From an uncultured virus (IMG/VR IMGVR_UViG_3300031241_000001) (lineage: Duplodnaviria; Heunggongvirae; Uroviricota; Caudoviricetes): 20,000 nucleotides of DNA. A program made the position numbers and the translations under genes. The stretch lies in IMG/VR virus record IMGVR_UViG_3300031241_000001; one strand, written 5' to 3'. The notes under the pieces are model-generated. The model had not been told where the DNA came from, made no database searches, and saw only the letters and a list, made by a program, of their open reading frames with translations. Below are positions 15,417 to 20,000 of the stretch, in pieces (position 1 is the first letter of the stretch; each line of letters starts with the position of its first letter).

Positions 15417-15761
15417 TCAGCAACGGCCCTGATGGCACTTTCACGACCGGGCACCTCGACGTCCTCTTGATCCTCCACCACGTGGAGGCAGGCACGTACC
15501 ACGCGGCCTTCTTCGAGGAGGCTCCCCCGCCGGGACCCGTGCAGGACGTTGGCGACGTCGCGATCGTCCGGCTGCGCAGCAAGCTGCATCACACGACGGG
15601 AGCGTCCAGCGTCCACGCTCGAAGGCGCCAAGGCGCACCTCGACGAAGTGGCCGTGAAGATCTGCGTGCCCCCCGAGAACCTGTGGCGTGAGAAGTCGCC
15701 GTACCCGTGGGACGGGCAGCTGGGCATCACGGTGATCGTCGACAGCTGGAGACAACGCTGA
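15410..15761 (+). pseudogene. Frameshifted hypothetical gene (7-bp tandem duplication)
   Basis: AGCGTCC x2 at 15601-15614; removing one copy joins MLISNGPDG...HHTTGAS to TLEGAKAHLDEV...SWRQR, whose stop overlaps the next ATG. Confidence 0.75.
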
Positions 15762-16351
15762 TGAAGGATCACAAACTCGCGATCGCGTACGGGCTCGTGC
15801 AGGCGGCCTACCGCGCCCTCGGTGAGGCCGAACAACAGCTCGCAGGCGCGGCATCGCCGACGGCATCGCTGGCGGTCGACACGTGTCGCCAGGTCTTGCA
15901 GCTGAGCCTGCGCGTCGGTGCCGCGTTGGAGTCGGAGGGGGCCCCACAGCCGAAGGGCAGTGCCAAGCCCTCCGCGCTTTGCACGCACTGCGGAAAGCCG
16001 GACCGCAAGGGCGATCACTGGGACAGCCTGGACGGGCCGAACTCGGCGGGGTGGTCGTGCTCGCCCAAAGGTGCCGCGTCGGATGGCGCCCCCGGCACGC
16101 CCCTCGCTGCCAACCCCGACTTTGCCGCCGTGCTGGAGCTAGCAGCCTTCTTCCAGGACGACTACAACAAGAAGCTCCCCGTGATCGCCGCGTGTCGTCG
16201 CTGGCGCAACGGCACGACCACGACCGAGGAGTTCCTGAAGTGCCTGGGCGCGGATGACGTGGCCAAGGTGCTACTGAACTACGAACCGGTCGCACCGCTG
16301 GGGGGCCTCATGATCCTGAACGATCACCGCCACCGCCACGGCCCTCGTTAG
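15761..16351 (+). CDS. Hypothetical protein with CxxC motif (196 aa)
   Basis: GGAG RBS, TGATG overlap; CTHCGK...H...C. Confidence 0.7.
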   Translation: MKDHKLAIAYGLVQAAYRALGEAEQQLAGAASPTASLAVDTCRQVLQLSLRVGAALESEGAPQPKGSAKPSALCTHCGKPDRKGDHWDSLDGPNSAGWSCSPKGAASDGAPGTPLAANPDFAAVLELAAFFQDDYNKKLPVIAACRRWRNGTTTTEEFLKCLGADDVAKVLLNYEPVAPLGGLMILNDHRHRHGPR

Positions 16352-16375
16352 TCGCTAGACTGCCAGGACAAGCCG

Positions 16376-16627
16376 ATGGCCAAAACGAGCACTGCTCCAT
16401 GGGACGACTGCAAGGTCGCCTTCTCGATCCACAACCCAGACCCGTTCGATGACACAGGGCCGAACGGTGTCTGGCATGCGCCCTTGCCCAAGGGCTGGGA
16501 GCTGAATGAAATCGACGGCACCGGGGCGCGGTACGTCGCGGTGTTTCGTGTCGCCGGTCTGCCCTCCGCCACGGACGGCAAGACGGTCAAAGACTGGCTC
16601 AAGAAGGTGGGGGCCCAGCGCCGGTGA
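16376..16627 (+). CDS. Hypothetical protein (83 aa)
   Basis: AGGA RBS; coupled to the next gene. Confidence 0.7.
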   Translation: MAKTSTAPWDDCKVAFSIHNPDPFDDTGPNGVWHAPLPKGWELNEIDGTGARYVAVFRVAGLPSATDGKTVKDWLKKVGAQRR

Positions 16628-16881
16628 CGAGAAGAGTGTGCACGAACGACGCGCGAACGAAGCTGCGTGAGGTCGTCGAGTGGATGGAGAAGTCTGACGA
16701 GCAGCAGCCCTCGATCAGGGCGCTCTTCGCACGGGGCGCGTTTCACCACGCAGACGACGTCGCGTACGCGCGAATCATGCTGGTGCGCGGTCAGAGCGTC
16801 GACGAGATCGCGGAGTACATCGCGAAGACGTACAGCGAGGGTGAGCACCATTGCGATCCGGTCTACCCGTCGTGGTCGTGA
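16624..16881 (+). CDS. Hypothetical protein (85 aa)
   Basis: GTGA and TGATG overlaps. Confidence 0.7.
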   Translation: MTRRVCTNDARTKLREVVEWMEKSDEQQPSIRALFARGAFHHADDVAYARIMLVRGQSVDEIAEYIAKTYSEGEHHCDPVYPSWS

Positions 16882-17192
16882 TGCGCGAAAGGACTGCTAT
16901 GATGGATCCCGAAGTCGTCAAGTTCACAGCTCCGTTCCGCATGCATGAGTGGGAGCCCAAGACCGAGGCGCTCATCTGTTGCGAGGTGAACGTCGGTACG
17001 AGCATGTGCCCGACCTGGGAGCCCCGCACCTACGAGGCGAAGCGCGTGTTCCAGCCGGGGGCCGCGTTCCGCGTGACGGAGACCAGTCGCGGCGACCTCG
17101 TCTTCATGGAAGTGTTCACGAACTGGCGGCGCCTGTGCGAATGGCTCGAACTCATGCGCATCCAGAACATCGAGTACATGGACGTGTCGTGA
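16881..17192 (+). CDS. Hypothetical protein (~103 aa)
   Basis: ATG 16881 (or 16899 with AAGGA); GC3-rich. Confidence 0.7.
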   Translation: MRERTAMMDPEVVKFTAPFRMHEWEPKTEALICCEVNVGTSMCPTWEPRTYEAKRVFQPGAAFRVTETSRGDLVFMEVFTNWRRLCEWLELMRIQNIEYMDVS

Positions 17193-17452
17193 CGAGCGGG
17201 CGCGTCGAGACCTTCGGCGCGTACAGCGGAGCGTGCACCGATCGGATCGACGTCGCGCTCGAGCGGCGCCCCGCCAATGCGCTCAACGTCGAGATCATGA
17301 CGCCCTCTCCGCGCTGCCGGCAGCAGTCGCCGGACGGGCGCGGGTCGGCCTGGATCCTGAGTGGGGGCGCGCCGCTGGCGTACGGCACGTGCTGTCGGTC
17401 GAGCTGCCCGGGCCTGGCACAGGCGAATGAACGCCGTGGTAGCCTTGACGCG

Positions 17453-17749
17453 ATGGCGCGCGAGTTCGAGGAGACCGTCCGCGAGATCGTCGACCGCATC
17501 AGCCACGGCCACGTGATCCTGACCGAGCGCGTCCGCGCCGGGCACCGCCGGGCGATCTCCGTGGGCCCCTACCGGACCGCGGCGTCGACGAAGAGGCAGT
17601 ACGGCCTCATCGTGACGCCGCCACCCGCTGGCGAGAGCGACCTACGTGCCTACGGCGGCGCCGACCGTGCGGCGCGCGAGTTCCTGCGCCTCGTCGGCGT
17701 AGCCGAGGCACGGAGCGCGATCGCGCGGGAAGCTCGCAAGTCAGGCTAG
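17453..17749 (+). CDS. Hypothetical protein (98 aa; frame open from GTG 17189)
   Basis: TGG-TAGCCT 7 nt before ATG 17453 suggests a leaderless start; alternative coupled start at 17189. Confidence 0.65.
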   Translation: MAREFEETVREIVDRISHGHVILTERVRAGHRRAISVGPYRTAASTKRQYGLIVTPPPAGESDLRAYGGADRAAREFLRLVGVAEARSAIAREARKSG

Positions 17750-17905
17750 TAACCGCGCGAGCCCCTTTTGCATCTCGGCCTCGAACGCCGCTGACGCACA
17801 CCGGCACTTCGAGCACGTGCGCTGCGGTACGCCGCGGACCTCGCGCCGGATCATGCGTCGACACGATCGTGTCGAGCATTTGCGCATCGTCTTGCCGGTC
17901 TTCAT
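17741..17905 (-). CDS. Small basic zinc-ribbon-like protein (54 aa)
   Basis: Read manually: MKTGKTMRKCSTRSCRRMIRREVRGVPQRTCSKCRCASAAFEAEMQKGLARLLA; GAGG upstream. Confidence 0.55.
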   Translation of the reverse strand: MKTGKTMRKCSTRSCRRMIRREVRGVPQRTCSKCRCASAAFEAEMQKGLARLLA

Positions 17906-17942
17906 CGGTAACGACCTCTGGGCACGTGCGAACGTGGCGTAC

Positions 17943-18311
17943 TCAGAACTTGAGCGTGCTGTACCAGACGCCAGGATGGTGGTCCTCGGGGGCGTCGCCC
18001 TTGACCTCGGGGGCCAGCAGCGCGATCACGTCGACGATGCGACGACACGTCGCGACGACTTGATCCGGCGTGGCGCCCCCACTCAAGAGCATTCCAGCCG
18101 CGTGCGAGATCATCGCCTGCGCGAGCTCACCGGGCCTGAACCCCAGGTTCTGCGCATGGAGCGCGAGCTGGGAGGCGTTCGCGCGAAACCACGCTTGCCG
18201 GAGGTCCGGGCGCTCCGCGGTGAGAGCGCACTTCGCGGGGGCTGGCACGTCCGTGCTCCTTGCGTCCGTGGCCGCGTCCGGCAGCTCGGTAGACTGATCC
18301 GTCTCGTCCAT
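17943..18311 (-). CDS. Hypothetical protein (122 aa)
   Basis: Follows the large leftward gene; protein-like composition. Confidence 0.65.
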   Translation of the reverse strand: MDETDQSTELPDAATDARSTDVPAPAKCALTAERPDLRQAWFRANASQLALHAQNLGFRPGELAQAMISHAAGMLLSGGATPDQVVATCRRIVDVIALLAPEVKGDAPEDHHPGVWYSTLKF

Positions 18312-18323
18312 GGGTGGAGGCTA

Positions 18324-20000
<1,677 letters not shown>

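Overview
GC-rich (roughly two-thirds G+C by eye), densely packed phage/prophage-like accessory region. A leftward block of small ORFs (<1-2538) diverges from a ~15 kb rightward block (2698-17749) of mostly translationally coupled genes. The rightward block converges on a leftward block ending in a large collagen-like, probably virion/surface, protein (18324->20000). Recognisable products: stand-alone serine-recombinase DNA-binding domain, Ead/Ea22-like protein, two HAD phosphatases (HAD_SAK_2-like, NT5C-like), vWA protein, tyrosine recombinase, PD-(D/E)XK nuclease plus SNF2 helicase, DUF4031, ParB/Srx-like protein and stand-alone Fis-type HTH. The most unusual signal is a dispersed family of structured non-coding elements, consensus CRCWCC-[variable hairpin]-GGWG-N2-3-GAGAC. 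Five copies plus one degenerate copy occupy most of the large intergenic gaps, with compensatory base changes and cUUCGg loops. Several small genes carry apparent lesions (tandem micro-duplications, an in-frame TAG, an ATC start). All family calls are motif recognition by eye, not database searches.
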